Shown: in pieces, positions 40,022 through 49,452 of the stretch
How the letters are laid out: each line of letters starts with the position of its first letter
Position numbering within the stretch: the stretch's first letter is position 1
Source: a virus
Lineage: Duplodnaviria; Caudoviricetes
IMG/VR virus record: IMGVR_UViG_3300025809_001850
Direction: 5' to 3' (one strand)
Length of the DNA: 64,000 nt
Notes under the pieces: generated by a model
The model's database searches: none
What the model saw: the letters and a program-made list of their open reading frames with translations, nothing else
Told to the model about the DNA's origin: nothing
Made by a program: the position numbers and the translations under genes

Positions 40022-41599
40022 TTATTTTTTGTAAAACACAAAGATTGGTTCGTACTTGTGCAACTCTCCGTTTATTTGACAACAATTTTTGATTGTGGTT
40101 CTATCTCCACGCATTGTTGCCATAAGCATTTTAAGAGTTTCAACATACTCAAGACCATATTCTTGTAAAATGTTTTTGCTATCTTCTTCAAGTGGTATAT
40201 ATCCACCACCGTGAGTGATGTCCGCGATATTCCACAATAAATACCTGTCGTGTCTTAAATACTGAGATGCAGTTCTTAATGTGGGACGAAGAAAGTTTTC
40301 TTTCCAATCTTCATACGATGGAAACTTCTTGAAACTTTGTGTGTCATCTGATGAGTATTGTTCACGATTAAAATATGGTGGACTGGTAAATACTAAATCA
40401 AATGTTCCTTTATATTTTTCAAATTCTTTGTTTTGGTGAATGACTTCACTTCCATCTTGAAACAACTGATATGTATTACGGTGTCCAAAAAATGGATTAC
40501 CACCATTTGTTTTGTCGTTGAAAAAATCTGCTACATATTCGTATCTTGATTTATTGAGTTCACTAATATAGTTGTCTGTATTTGGGTCTGTTCCGACATA
40601 ATGTATCTGACGATCATCTATGCTCATAGCACCAAGGATGCGACCACCCCAACCTGCACTTGGATCATATACGGTTAGATCATTTTTGTTTTCAATGTGG
40701 TCTGTATATTTTTGATAAACGAACTTTGCAGTCAATGGTGGAAAGTTTACGGCAGGATGTCTTCCAAGTCCAAGACGAAGTGCTTCCATTGCTGATGGAA
40801 AGATGGTTGATGTTTTGTTGTAGTAACGAATACTAAATTTATATTGAGTTTCATCAAGTGTATCAAGTTTATCAAAGTCTGTGTTAAAGTCTGTTGTTCT
40901 TTCTAAATTGCTGATATTGTTTTGTTCAAGCAAGCCCTCTTTATACAACCTAAGTATTTGTTGAGCAGATAACAATAAATGATTTTCTTCATAGTCTTCA
41001 AACTTTCTTTCTGTGAAAAGTTCAATAATCCAAAAGTCATTGTCGGGATGTAAATGTTTTTCTGCTATAAAGTTTCTAATCCAAGTTTCTCCATCGTTTG
41101 TTGGGTATGGTACTTCATCATCGTTTTTTCTGATTGTTTTTCCGTGAGCAAAAAAAGCATCTCGTCTAATTGTTCTTCTCATCGTGACGTGGAAACTATC
41201 TCTTTTATCGGGATCAACAAAATAGTCGTAAATGCTTTCTGAATGAGTACCTGTTTGCAATGCCATTTTCGTTTTAAGCATTGTTGGAAAAAACTGATCA
41301 ATTACAGTTGCGAACTTGTTAAAGTTTTTTACAATGGTGTTTGATTTATCAAGTTCATCAAGATGTAAAAACTTGCTAACATCATATCTTTGTAGTTTAT
41401 TAAATTGTGCAATAATATCTTTTTCTATTTTACCACTTCTCGGTGGAATTCCTTTTTCATTCCAAGTGGTAACAATATAATATCTTAAATCATCCAACCA
41501 AATTTCAAGTTCCTCTTTGCTTTTTAAAAGTAACTGATGGAAGGTTATGTTTTGCTCCCAATCTACGAGGTTGTTTTTCTCGTAAAAATATTTCTTCAT
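40022..41599 (-). CDS. long amino-MTase paralogue 2
   Basis: YDPSAGWGGR, GTDPN and FTSPPYFN; start MKKYFYEKNN at 41599 (ATGA overlap). Confidence 0.88.
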   Translation of the reverse strand: MKKYFYEKNNLVDWEQNITFHQLLLKSKEELEIWLDDLRYYIVTTWNEKGIPPRSGKIEKDIIAQFNKLQRYDVSKFLHLDELDKSNTIVKNFNKFATVIDQFFPTMLKTKMALQTGTHSESIYDYFVDPDKRDSFHVTMRRTIRRDAFFAHGKTIRKNDDEVPYPTNDGETWIRNFIAEKHLHPDNDFWIIELFTERKFEDYEENHLLLSAQQILRLYKEGLLEQNNISNLERTTDFNTDFDKLDTLDETQYKFSIRYYNKTSTIFPSAMEALRLGLGRHPAVNFPPLTAKFVYQKYTDHIENKNDLTVYDPSAGWGGRILGAMSIDDRQIHYVGTDPNTDNYISELNKSRYEYVADFFNDKTNGGNPFFGHRNTYQLFQDGSEVIHQNKEFEKYKGTFDLVFTSPPYFNREQYSSDDTQSFKKFPSYEDWKENFLRPTLRTASQYLRHDRYLLWNIADITHGGGYIPLEEDSKNILQEYGLEYVETLKMLMATMRGDRTTIKNCCQINGELHKYEPIFVFYKK

Positions 41600-43185
41600 T
41601 TCTTGTAAAACACAAAGATAGGTTCGTACTTTTGTAACTCTCCGTTTATCTTGCAACAATTCTTAACCGTTTCTGCTTTAACACCACGCATTGTTGTCAT
41701 AAGCATTTTAAGAGTTTCAACATACTCAAGTCCGTATTCCGCAAGAATATCACGACTATCTTTTTCTAATGGCATAAATCCATCTCCGTCTGCGATGTCT
41801 GCGATATTCCAAAGCAAGTATCTATCGTTCTTTAAATACTCTGCCGCCGTTTTCAAAGTAGGACGAAGAAAATTGTCTCTCCAATCTGCATACTCTGGAA
41901 ACTTTTTGAAACTCTGAGATTCATCTGCTGAATATTGCTCACGATTAAAATATGGTGGACTTGTAAAAACCAAATCAAGTTTGCCTTTATATTTTTGGAA
42001 ACTTGGGTTATTGTGAATTTCTTCACTTCCATTTTGATAAACATCATATGTGTTGCGATGACCAAAGAATGGATTACCTCCATTTGTTTTATCATTAAAA
42101 AAGTCTGCAAGATATTCGTAACGACTTTTGCCAAGTTCATCAATATAATTGTCGGTGTTTGGATCAGTTCCGATATAATGAATTTGACGATCATGTACTG
42201 ACATAGCACCAAGAATGCGACCACCCCATCCTGCACTTGGATCATATATATGAAGATCACTTTTATCTTGAATGTGGTCTGTGTACTTCTGATAAATGTA
42301 CTTTGCAGTCAACGGAGGAAAGTTTACTGCTGGTTGACTAAGACCCAACTTGAATGCTTCCATTGCTGATGGAAATATTCTTGAGTTTTTGTCGTAATAT
42401 CTAATGCTAAAACGAAACTCTACTTCTTTGTCATCTTCAATAACGACATCATTTATATTTTCAATATCGTCACCGAAGTTTGCAGTTCTTTCTAAATTTC
42501 TGATGTTGTTTATTTCAAGCAAACCTTCTTTGTGTAATTTTCTTATTTGCTTTGCAGTAAGCATCAAACTACTTTCTTCGTATGAATCAAACTTCTTTTC
42601 GGTGAACAACTCAATAATCCAAAAGTCGTTGTGTGGATGAAGATGTTTCTCTTTGACAAAATTACGAACCCACTCTTCTGCGTTTTCAGTTGGACACGGA
42701 ACATCATAATCATTTTTCTTGATTGTTCTTCCATGAGCATAAAATGAATCTCTTCGCACGGTTCGTCTCATGCAAGTGTGAAAACTTTCTCGTTTCTCTG
42801 GATTAGCAAAGCAATCATAAACACTCCAAGATGTATGCTTACTTGAACCTATTTTAGTTTTAAGCATTGTTGGAAAAAACTGATCAACTACGGTTGCGAA
42901 CTTGTTAAAGTTTTTGACGATGGTATTTGTTCCGTCCATTTCGTCTTTGTGCTGAAACTTATATACATTGTATCCTGATAACTTGTTTAAGTTGGCAATA
43001 ATATCTTTTTCGTTTTTACCAGTTCTCGGAGGAAGACCCTCATTATCCCAAGTGTCTACAATATAAGTTCTAAGTTCGTCTATCCACTTGGTTAACTCTG
43101 TACCATTCTTTTGTAATAGTTCATGGAATGTAATATTAACCCTACATTCTGCAAGATTGTTTTTTTCGTAAAAGTATTTTTTCAT
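41596..43185 (-). CDS. long amino-MTase paralogue 1
   Basis: Same motifs; AVNFPPLTAK; start MKKYFYEKNN at 43185. Confidence 0.88.
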   Translation of the reverse strand: MKKYFYEKNNLAECRVNITFHELLQKNGTELTKWIDELRTYIVDTWDNEGLPPRTGKNEKDIIANLNKLSGYNVYKFQHKDEMDGTNTIVKNFNKFATVVDQFFPTMLKTKIGSSKHTSWSVYDCFANPEKRESFHTCMRRTVRRDSFYAHGRTIKKNDYDVPCPTENAEEWVRNFVKEKHLHPHNDFWIIELFTEKKFDSYEESSLMLTAKQIRKLHKEGLLEINNIRNLERTANFGDDIENINDVVIEDDKEVEFRFSIRYYDKNSRIFPSAMEAFKLGLSQPAVNFPPLTAKYIYQKYTDHIQDKSDLHIYDPSAGWGGRILGAMSVHDRQIHYIGTDPNTDNYIDELGKSRYEYLADFFNDKTNGGNPFFGHRNTYDVYQNGSEEIHNNPSFQKYKGKLDLVFTSPPYFNREQYSADESQSFKKFPEYADWRDNFLRPTLKTAAEYLKNDRYLLWNIADIADGDGFMPLEKDSRDILAEYGLEYVETLKMLMTTMRGVKAETVKNCCKINGELQKYEPIFVFYKK

Positions 43186-43186
43186 A

Positions 43187-44014
43187 TTATGCACCTACAT
43201 TCCAAAACAACGCACCTTCTTTTGCGTGTTCTTTAACAAACTTCCATGCTTTAGCATCATAAGTCGGAGCAGATGGAAATGGTGGCATTTCACTTTCTTT
43301 TATTGCTTTATCAAACTGATACTCTGATCTATAATATTTTGCTCGTCCTATTTCTCGTTCATTCATTTTATGTCCAACAGATACTACATTAACAGGTATC
43401 TCAGGAAACGCAAGTTGTAAACCACGACTAATAGTTCCACTTGATCCAACACTCCATATCTCACTTGGTAATTTTTTGGACAACGCATTTCGTGCAACCT
43501 TTATTATACTTGCCACAACCGTTGGATGTTCAAGACCAATTGGAAATTCCATTCTATTTTCAGGGTCTTCTGCAACATATTTTTTTGCTCTTGATTTGGT
43601 TACCGATAGCATTCCCATATTAACCCATTCGTATATAGCACCCAAACCCATTCCTCTTTTTTGATATTCGTGGTAATTCTCAGGATTTCGTTTTGCCATA
43701 AACAGAATTACTTTTTTTCCGTATTTCTCTGCAACGACCGGTAAAGATATTTGTGCATATCCTGTTGCAGGACAACAACCAAATACAATTTCGTTTGCCG
43801 TTGTTTCTTGTATAAACTTATCAACAAACCTAATCTTACTTCCGTAGTTTAATAAATCATCACGCACTACATCAATACCTTCATAATTGATAATAACCGG
43901 ATCAGGATTTGGGTCTTCCCAATCTTTCACCAGACCAAGTAGTTGATCTTCACTCCACACATTACCTGTGTTGTCTTCATATACTGATTCTATAAATTGT
44001 GATAACATTACCAT
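43187..44014 (-). CDS. fold-type II PLP-dependent enzyme
   Basis: VRDDLL..GSKIR (PLP Lys), VGSSGT loop, YDAKAW and LFWNVG; start could be 44008. Confidence 0.85.
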   Translation of the reverse strand: MVMLSQFIESVYEDNTGNVWSEDQLLGLVKDWEDPNPDPVIINYEGIDVVRDDLLNYGSKIRFVDKFIQETTANEIVFGCCPATGYAQISLPVVAEKYGKKVILFMAKRNPENYHEYQKRGMGLGAIYEWVNMGMLSVTKSRAKKYVAEDPENRMEFPIGLEHPTVVASIIKVARNALSKKLPSEIWSVGSSGTISRGLQLAFPEIPVNVVSVGHKMNEREIGRAKYYRSEYQFDKAIKESEMPPFPSAPTYDAKAWKFVKEHAKEGALFWNVGA

Positions 44015-44478
44015 TCCTTTGTGTTTACTTTGTTTGCTCGGTCTTTTGATAGATTACATCCCATGAGTTCACCCAATATACGCGTTCTATTGGAAGGTCC
44101 TGGTCTGCCAACCGTATTATACATGAAATAACACTTTTTTGCTTTCGTGTAATCCACATCTTCAAAATTAGAAAATTGATCAACTGCCAAATCAACTATT
44201 GAATAATCTGGCCACATAATAAAACGATGAAGTCCATCGTCTCCTGGTATACCAGGTAGTTTATATGGTTTAGAACCACGTGGTGATAAATAGTAATATA
44301 CAAACTCTGCAATTACATAACAATAGTTTTTGGTTGGATTATCTTCTGACCAACCCTCTCGCATTAACTTTGTTTTAAGATGTTGTATTCCCATGATTCT
44401 AAGTGAGTTGTGTAACTTGTCTTTAGTTACACCTGCAATATCGTACATTTTTTGAAGTCGATCTTCTGAGATTTTCAT
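44008..44478 (-). CDS. Cys-His-Asp (transglutaminase/papain-like) protein
   Basis: NYCYVIAE, LHRF and VDLAVDQF. Confidence 0.55.
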   Translation of the reverse strand: MKISEDRLQKMYDIAGVTKDKLHNSLRIMGIQHLKTKLMREGWSEDNPTKNYCYVIAEFVYYYLSPRGSKPYKLPGIPGDDGLHRFIMWPDYSIVDLAVDQFSNFEDVDYTKAKKCYFMYNTVGRPGPSNRTRILGELMGCNLSKDRANKVNTKEW

Positions 44479-45761
44479 TCAATGTAATCGTCTGCTTCTT
44501 TCGTAGGTGGGTATAGTTTACTGCTTTCTACCATCCAATCTCTAAAGTTTTTATTTGCTTTTAAATCAACCACCAAGTGGTATCTGTCTTCTGTTCCACC
44601 GTTGAATGCGGTATGAGGTTTTCTCATATCAAGATACCACAATTCTCCTTGTTTCATTTTGTCTACCGTTTTTGATCCGTCTGTGTTCCACAACGTAAAC
44701 TGAACCTTTGGGTTAGTTCTAATTGGAAAGTGAACTCTTGCCCATTGATTGTCTGATATACCTGCTTCTTTGTCTTGTCTGTCGGTGTGTCTTTGTAACT
44801 CACCCTCACCCCCGGATAACTTTAATATCCGAATTCTTTCAAATTCGTATGGAAGTAATTTAAGATATTCTTCAACCGCCGGAAGTTTTTCACGAAGTGG
44901 GGTATCTTCAACTTTCCATTTTAGTTTTTCTGGATTTTCTTTTTTCCACTTGTTACCCATTTCACTTGGTTTGATAATAAAGTCCCAATCACCTCCATAT
45001 CCAGAAACTGTAATACCCGACCACGAATCACTTTTGTTGTAGTTAGAGTAGTGATTAGAGAAATCTGAATTTACCTTATCAAGTTGTTCCATTATTTTTT
45101 TAGGATTGGGTATGTTGGGCATGGCAAGTCGTTGCAACGCAATTTCTTGGGCAGGATCAATCTGCGTATGCTCACCACCCTTAAACCAAAATCCGTACAT
45201 ATCTGCAAAACTTGATATTAAATTGTCTTTGCGAGTATATCCAATTGATGCAAGAAGATCACGAATTCGTTTCAATTGCATATCACACTCAACTACTGTA
45301 GTTCCTGATTCAAAAAAGTTTCCTTTTGCTTCATGCTTTTGAATGAGATTTCCTAACCACTCTTCGTATCCAGGATAGCAGGCCACTTCCTGTATGTATG
45401 AGTCATTGCTACTTAGTGTTATTTCTCTACCAGTAAAACTGACTATTTTCTTTTTCTTGGAATGCATTTTCGGAATAACGAAATATAAAATACACGCACG
45501 AATAACTCCACCTTCGTCTTCAACCCAATCTACTTTTTCGTAAGTATCTTCTTTATGACCAAGCAGTTTTTGGTTGGTCATGTTGTTTATTTTCCTAAAT
45601 GGGTCACGTAGTCTTGGAGAATCTTTAAATGAATCTTCTGGATGTTGTGTATTCCAAAAGCAACTCAACAAATTCTCATATATTGGACTATCTTCATAGA
45701 CCCACTTTTTTCCATTGTGAAATGGTTTGGGGTAATCTAGCTTTAAATTCCTAAAATTCAT
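44475..45761 (-). CDS. GNAT-like N-domain fused to Asp/Asn beta-hydroxylase-like 2OG-Fe(II) dioxygenase
   Basis: C-domain RIRI..LQRHTD..RVHFP..GELWYLD..KPHTAFNGG..RYHLVVD; the N-domain GNAT call is tentative. Confidence 0.75.
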   Translation of the reverse strand: MNFRNLKLDYPKPFHNGKKWVYEDSPIYENLLSCFWNTQHPEDSFKDSPRLRDPFRKINNMTNQKLLGHKEDTYEKVDWVEDEGGVIRACILYFVIPKMHSKKKKIVSFTGREITLSSNDSYIQEVACYPGYEEWLGNLIQKHEAKGNFFESGTTVVECDMQLKRIRDLLASIGYTRKDNLISSFADMYGFWFKGGEHTQIDPAQEIALQRLAMPNIPNPKKIMEQLDKVNSDFSNHYSNYNKSDSWSGITVSGYGGDWDFIIKPSEMGNKWKKENPEKLKWKVEDTPLREKLPAVEEYLKLLPYEFERIRILKLSGGEGELQRHTDRQDKEAGISDNQWARVHFPIRTNPKVQFTLWNTDGSKTVDKMKQGELWYLDMRKPHTAFNGGTEDRYHLVVDLKANKNFRDWMVESSKLYPPTKEADDYIE

Positions 45762-45782
45762 ATATATATTATATGAATTATT

Positions 45783-46688
45783 TTACTTTGCGTCAACTAT
45801 TTTTTTAATGTAATCTTCAAGTTTTATTTTTGCAACCCAACCTAAGTGTTGGTAAGTTAAAGAAGGAATTGCTTTTCCGTAAAATCTTTCACCCCGTCTT
45901 TCTGGAATCATAATGTGTTTGTGATTAAACATTTTTGCTACATCAATTATTTTATGAGAAATAGAAGTTCCAAGGGGGTATTCATCCTGACGTCCATTCT
46001 CTGCCGCCAGCACCACACCATTCACAATGTCATTAACATGAGTAAAATCTCTTGATTGTTCTCCTGGTTCCACAACCGTGAGTGGTTCTCCTTTAGCATA
46101 TTGCTCTTCAAAGATTCCTATTACGGTTGCATAATCTCCTGTTCTAACTTGTCCAGGTCCGTAAGCATTATAAAAATAGGTTATCTCATATTTCAAATCA
46201 AACCAATCTGCGTAGTTCTTTATGAGTTCAACCATTTTTGCTTTCATCCACGCATACGGAGAAAGATTTTCATCTTTACCATCATTACCAAACTTACTTG
46301 AACTAGCAGAGTAAATTAACTTTGCTTTTTTTGCAACACAATAATCAAGAACCATTTTTGTTCCTTGTATATTATAATCCCAACAACTATCAAATCCATC
46401 AAAACTTGTTACTATTCTTGAAAACTCTCCGAAGTGAAAAACAACATCTGGTTCAAATGAATCGGCAACATCCATTTTGGTATTATTTGCATCAAATTTT
46501 TTCGGAATCAACGTCTGAGTATCCTTATCAAGATAAGTTATTTTTTTGCTTTTGATGTGGTTACTTTCATACCCACTACTATAATTGTCAATAGACACAA
46601 CTTCTATATTCTTATACTTGCGAATAAGTTTGCGTATAAGTGCAGTGCCAACGAATCCCGCACCACCTGTTATTAATACTTTGTTCAC
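45783..46688 (-). CDS. NDP-sugar epimerase/dehydratase (extended SDR)
   Basis: ITGGAGFVG, YSASSS, YAWMK and RDFTHV. Confidence 0.93.
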   Translation of the reverse strand: MNKVLITGGAGFVGTALIRKLIRKYKNIEVVSIDNYSSGYESNHIKSKKITYLDKDTQTLIPKKFDANNTKMDVADSFEPDVVFHFGEFSRIVTSFDGFDSCWDYNIQGTKMVLDYCVAKKAKLIYSASSSKFGNDGKDENLSPYAWMKAKMVELIKNYADWFDLKYEITYFYNAYGPGQVRTGDYATVIGIFEEQYAKGEPLTVVEPGEQSRDFTHVNDIVNGVVLAAENGRQDEYPLGTSISHKIIDVAKMFNHKHIMIPERRGERFYGKAIPSLTYQHLGWVAKIKLEDYIKKIVDAK

Positions 46689-47092
46689 TTTTGTTCTTTT
46701 AACCCGGTTAAATCACTTGAACTTCGTATTTTGTCGCCGAGACCATCAACCATTTCAATGTTATGATTTTTACAAACAACACTTTCAGGAACTTCACCCG
46801 TACTTCTATCTCCACCATTTGCAAAGATGTCGGGTTTAATTGCATCTAGAGAAGCACATACACTTTTGTCTTGATCAATGCTGAGAAACACTTCATCAAC
46901 AATTTTAAGTGCTTCTACGATTTTTACTCTATCTGCTTCATCCATGAATGGTTTGCCTTTTTTAAGAACACATTGATGATTGTTGTTTACAATAACAACA
47001 AGACGATCACCAAGTTGTTTTGCCATTTCTAAATACTCTAAATGTCCTACATGAATAGGATCAAAGTATCCACTAACTGCTACTGTTTTCAT
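46685..47092 (-). CDS. cytidylyltransferase-family nucleotidyltransferase
   Basis: SGYFDPIHVGH, ANGGDR and IRSSS; start moved to 47092. Confidence 0.9.
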   Translation of the reverse strand: MKTVAVSGYFDPIHVGHLEYLEMAKQLGDRLVVIVNNNHQCVLKKGKPFMDEADRVKIVEALKIVDEVFLSIDQDKSVCASLDAIKPDIFANGGDRSTGEVPESVVCKNHNIEMVDGLGDKIRSSSDLTGLKEQK

Positions 47093-47096
47093 TTTA

Positions 47097-47468
47097 CTAT
47101 TCCGATTTATGTTTTTCTGGACGATCATAATCATCCTGAACACGAACAATGTCATCTTCACCAAAATAAGTTCCTGTTTGAACTTCCACTAAAATCATAT
47201 CTCCTGTGGCACTTGGATTTGCCATTCTATGTTTTGCTCCGAGTGGAATCAACACGGTTTCACCTGCTTTGTAATCTTCCGTAACATCATCTAAAGTTAT
47301 TCTCGCAATCCCACTAACGACTGTCCATGCTTCTTGTCGTTTGTGATGATACTGATAACTTAATCTTTGTCCCGGTTTCACGAAGATGCGTTTAACTTTG
47401 CAGTAATCTGCGTCTAGAAGAATTTCATAATTTCCCCAAGGTCTAATACTTTCGTCTGTTTCACTCAT
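47097..47468 (-). CDS. mannose-6-phosphate isomerase type II cupin domain
   Basis: RPWG, PGQRLSYQYHHKRQEAW and EVQTGTYFGEDDIVR. Confidence 0.92.
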   Translation of the reverse strand: MSETDESIRPWGNYEILLDADYCKVKRIFVKPGQRLSYQYHHKRQEAWTVVSGIARITLDDVTEDYKAGETVLIPLGAKHRMANPSATGDMILVEVQTGTYFGEDDIVRVQDDYDRPEKHKSE

Positions 47469-47473
47469 AATTT

Positions 47474-47593
47474 TTATCCCCATCTATCTGCTAGATCTTG
47501 TGCAGATATCTGATTGTTGTTTTTTATATTTTTTACTTTATTCGGTAAAATTACTATACTATTTTTTATGATGTTAGTAAAGTTAATTTTCAT
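47474..47593 (-). CDS. 39-aa microprotein (not in ORF track)
   Basis: MKINFTNIIKNSIVILPNKVKNIKNNNQISAQDLADRWG; ATGA overlap. Confidence 0.5.
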   Translation of the reverse strand: MKINFTNIIKNSIVILPNKVKNIKNNNQISAQDLADRWG

Positions 47594-48543
47594 TGACCAT
47601 ACACTCCTTCAAACTTTTCAATAAAGTTATTCAATTCTGACTTTGGCAGCTCATTAACACCCGCTGCTTTCTCACGACCACCACCAGTTGGAAATTGTAA
47701 GGCAAGTTTGCTTGCTCCGTATGGATTTGTTTTTGGTGAACGGATGCTTACACGATAAGTTTCTTCGTCTATCAATGTTAAAATTGCAAATGCTTTGTTT
47801 GGGGTATCTGTTGTTTGTTGATTGCTATATATACCCGAATACCGAACGGATGCTTTTGTGTTCGGAAGTAGAATTACCTTACCTGTATCTGTGTCGTGTA
47901 AAATTTCTGATGAACTTAATTCTGCTTTATCTGAAATCATCTGTGTATGAATTTTGTTGTAGATTTCCGATTTTTTTCTGTATTGAAACGGAGATACATA
48001 TTGATGTAAATCAAGATACACTTCTTTTGGATCAACTGTTAAGTCTGATAATTCGTTTCCGTATCCATTATAGTTTAATGTTTCACCAATTTCTTTAAGT
48101 TCCGACATTATCGTTTCATTGAAGTTAGGATTAAGTTTTTCTGCTTGTTCGTGTAAATTATCTCCGTATGCTCCACATATAGTCCAAGGTCTGTGTAATC
48201 CGTCTATATATTTATCAACTAAAATGTTTGTGCAACAATTTGGGTCTGCATCTACTTTTATTGAAAAGTTTTCACCTAGATCAGTTTCACCTGGTTCGTG
48301 GTGATCAAACCAAGTTACACGATTGTTGTTATTTAGTACCTCACCTATATAGTCTTTATTAGACAACAATGAAATATCAAAAACAGTAAGTGTTGATTTT
48401 TTAATATCAACTGCGTGTCTTAAAAGTTTTACATCACGTTTGACTCCTGTAAAAACTTCACTTTTTTGTGGAAATTGTAAACGATATTGATGTAGACTTA
48501 TAATGCCATCTGCATCTCCGTTAAAAAAATCATAATACTTCAT
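47590..48543 (-). CDS. DHH-superfamily phosphoesterase
   Basis: NGDADG, FDIS, FDHH and GGGREKAAG; start moved to 48543. Confidence 0.85.
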   Translation of the reverse strand: MKYYDFFNGDADGIISLHQYRLQFPQKSEVFTGVKRDVKLLRHAVDIKKSTLTVFDISLLSNKDYIGEVLNNNNRVTWFDHHEPGETDLGENFSIKVDADPNCCTNILVDKYIDGLHRPWTICGAYGDNLHEQAEKLNPNFNETIMSELKEIGETLNYNGYGNELSDLTVDPKEVYLDLHQYVSPFQYRKKSEIYNKIHTQMISDKAELSSSEILHDTDTGKVILLPNTKASVRYSGIYSNQQTTDTPNKAFAILTLIDEETYRVSIRSPKTNPYGASKLALQFPTGGGREKAAGVNELPKSELNNFIEKFEGVYGQ

Positions 48544-48544
48544 T

Positions 48545-49387
48545 TTATTCCTCGGCAACTGCACGACCTTTATCTGCTTTCCAGTCCTGTTCTGATCGGT
48601 CTATTTCTTCGTTTCTTTTAATTACCGCATCTAAAATGGGTGATTCAACTTTATTTTCTTTTGCAAAGTTTGCTAATGCGTTTGTGTCTTTCGGAAAACA
48701 AGTTCCTCCGAATCCACGTTTACCATCGTGTCCTGGTACTTTTGTATGACCCGTTCCTATTCTTTTATCTTGTGTTGCAATACAACGAACGTTTTCGTAA
48801 TCAATACCGACTTCTGAACAAATGCTTTCAAGTTCGTTAAAGAATCCAACCTTAACACTTAAAAACACATTCTTTAAATACTTGATCATTTCTGCTTCAC
48901 CTGGTTTGCATTGAATTACTTGCTTGTTAACAACAGAACCCGTTCCTCCGTTGTAAGCCAACTCAAACATACGTTTCATTTTTTCGTATAAAAAAGGATC
49001 AGTAGAACCAAGTATCCATTGATCGCAGTTCTTAAAATCTTCTTCCCAATTTTTCTCGGTAAGAAATTCCGGCATAAAGTTAACATCAAGTTCTTCACTT
49101 GTTCCCGGTGGAACTGTAGACCTCAACACAATATACTTGCTATCATCTATTTCTTGTATTTCTTCGCATACTGAACGAACAATATCAAGATTTGCACTTC
49201 CATCTGAATTCATTGGTGTAGGAACGGCAACGAAAATAATTTCGGACTCTTCTACAAATGTTTCAATATCCAATGTTTTAGGATCTCTTTTTTCGGGAAC
49301 TACATCCCATACCAAAACTTCTACGTGTGGTCTAAGCAATGTCATTGCATGACCCACGAAACCATTACCAACCACTCCAATCTTCAT
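48545..49387 (-). CDS. ugd: UDP-glucose/GDP-mannose dehydrogenase family, lacking C-terminal domain
   Basis: GNGFVG, VAVPTP, LRSTVPPGT, PEFL and GFGGTCFPKD. Confidence 0.9.
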   Translation of the reverse strand: MKIGVVGNGFVGHAMTLLRPHVEVLVWDVVPEKRDPKTLDIETFVEESEIIFVAVPTPMNSDGSANLDIVRSVCEEIQEIDDSKYIVLRSTVPPGTSEELDVNFMPEFLTEKNWEEDFKNCDQWILGSTDPFLYEKMKRMFELAYNGGTGSVVNKQVIQCKPGEAEMIKYLKNVFLSVKVGFFNELESICSEVGIDYENVRCIATQDKRIGTGHTKVPGHDGKRGFGGTCFPKDTNALANFAKENKVESPILDAVIKRNEEIDRSEQDWKADKGRAVAEE

Positions 49388-49452
49388 ATAACACAATCTC
49401 CATTAAATTAATGCGATATAACCTTTTATTATAAATATAATAAAACGAAGTA

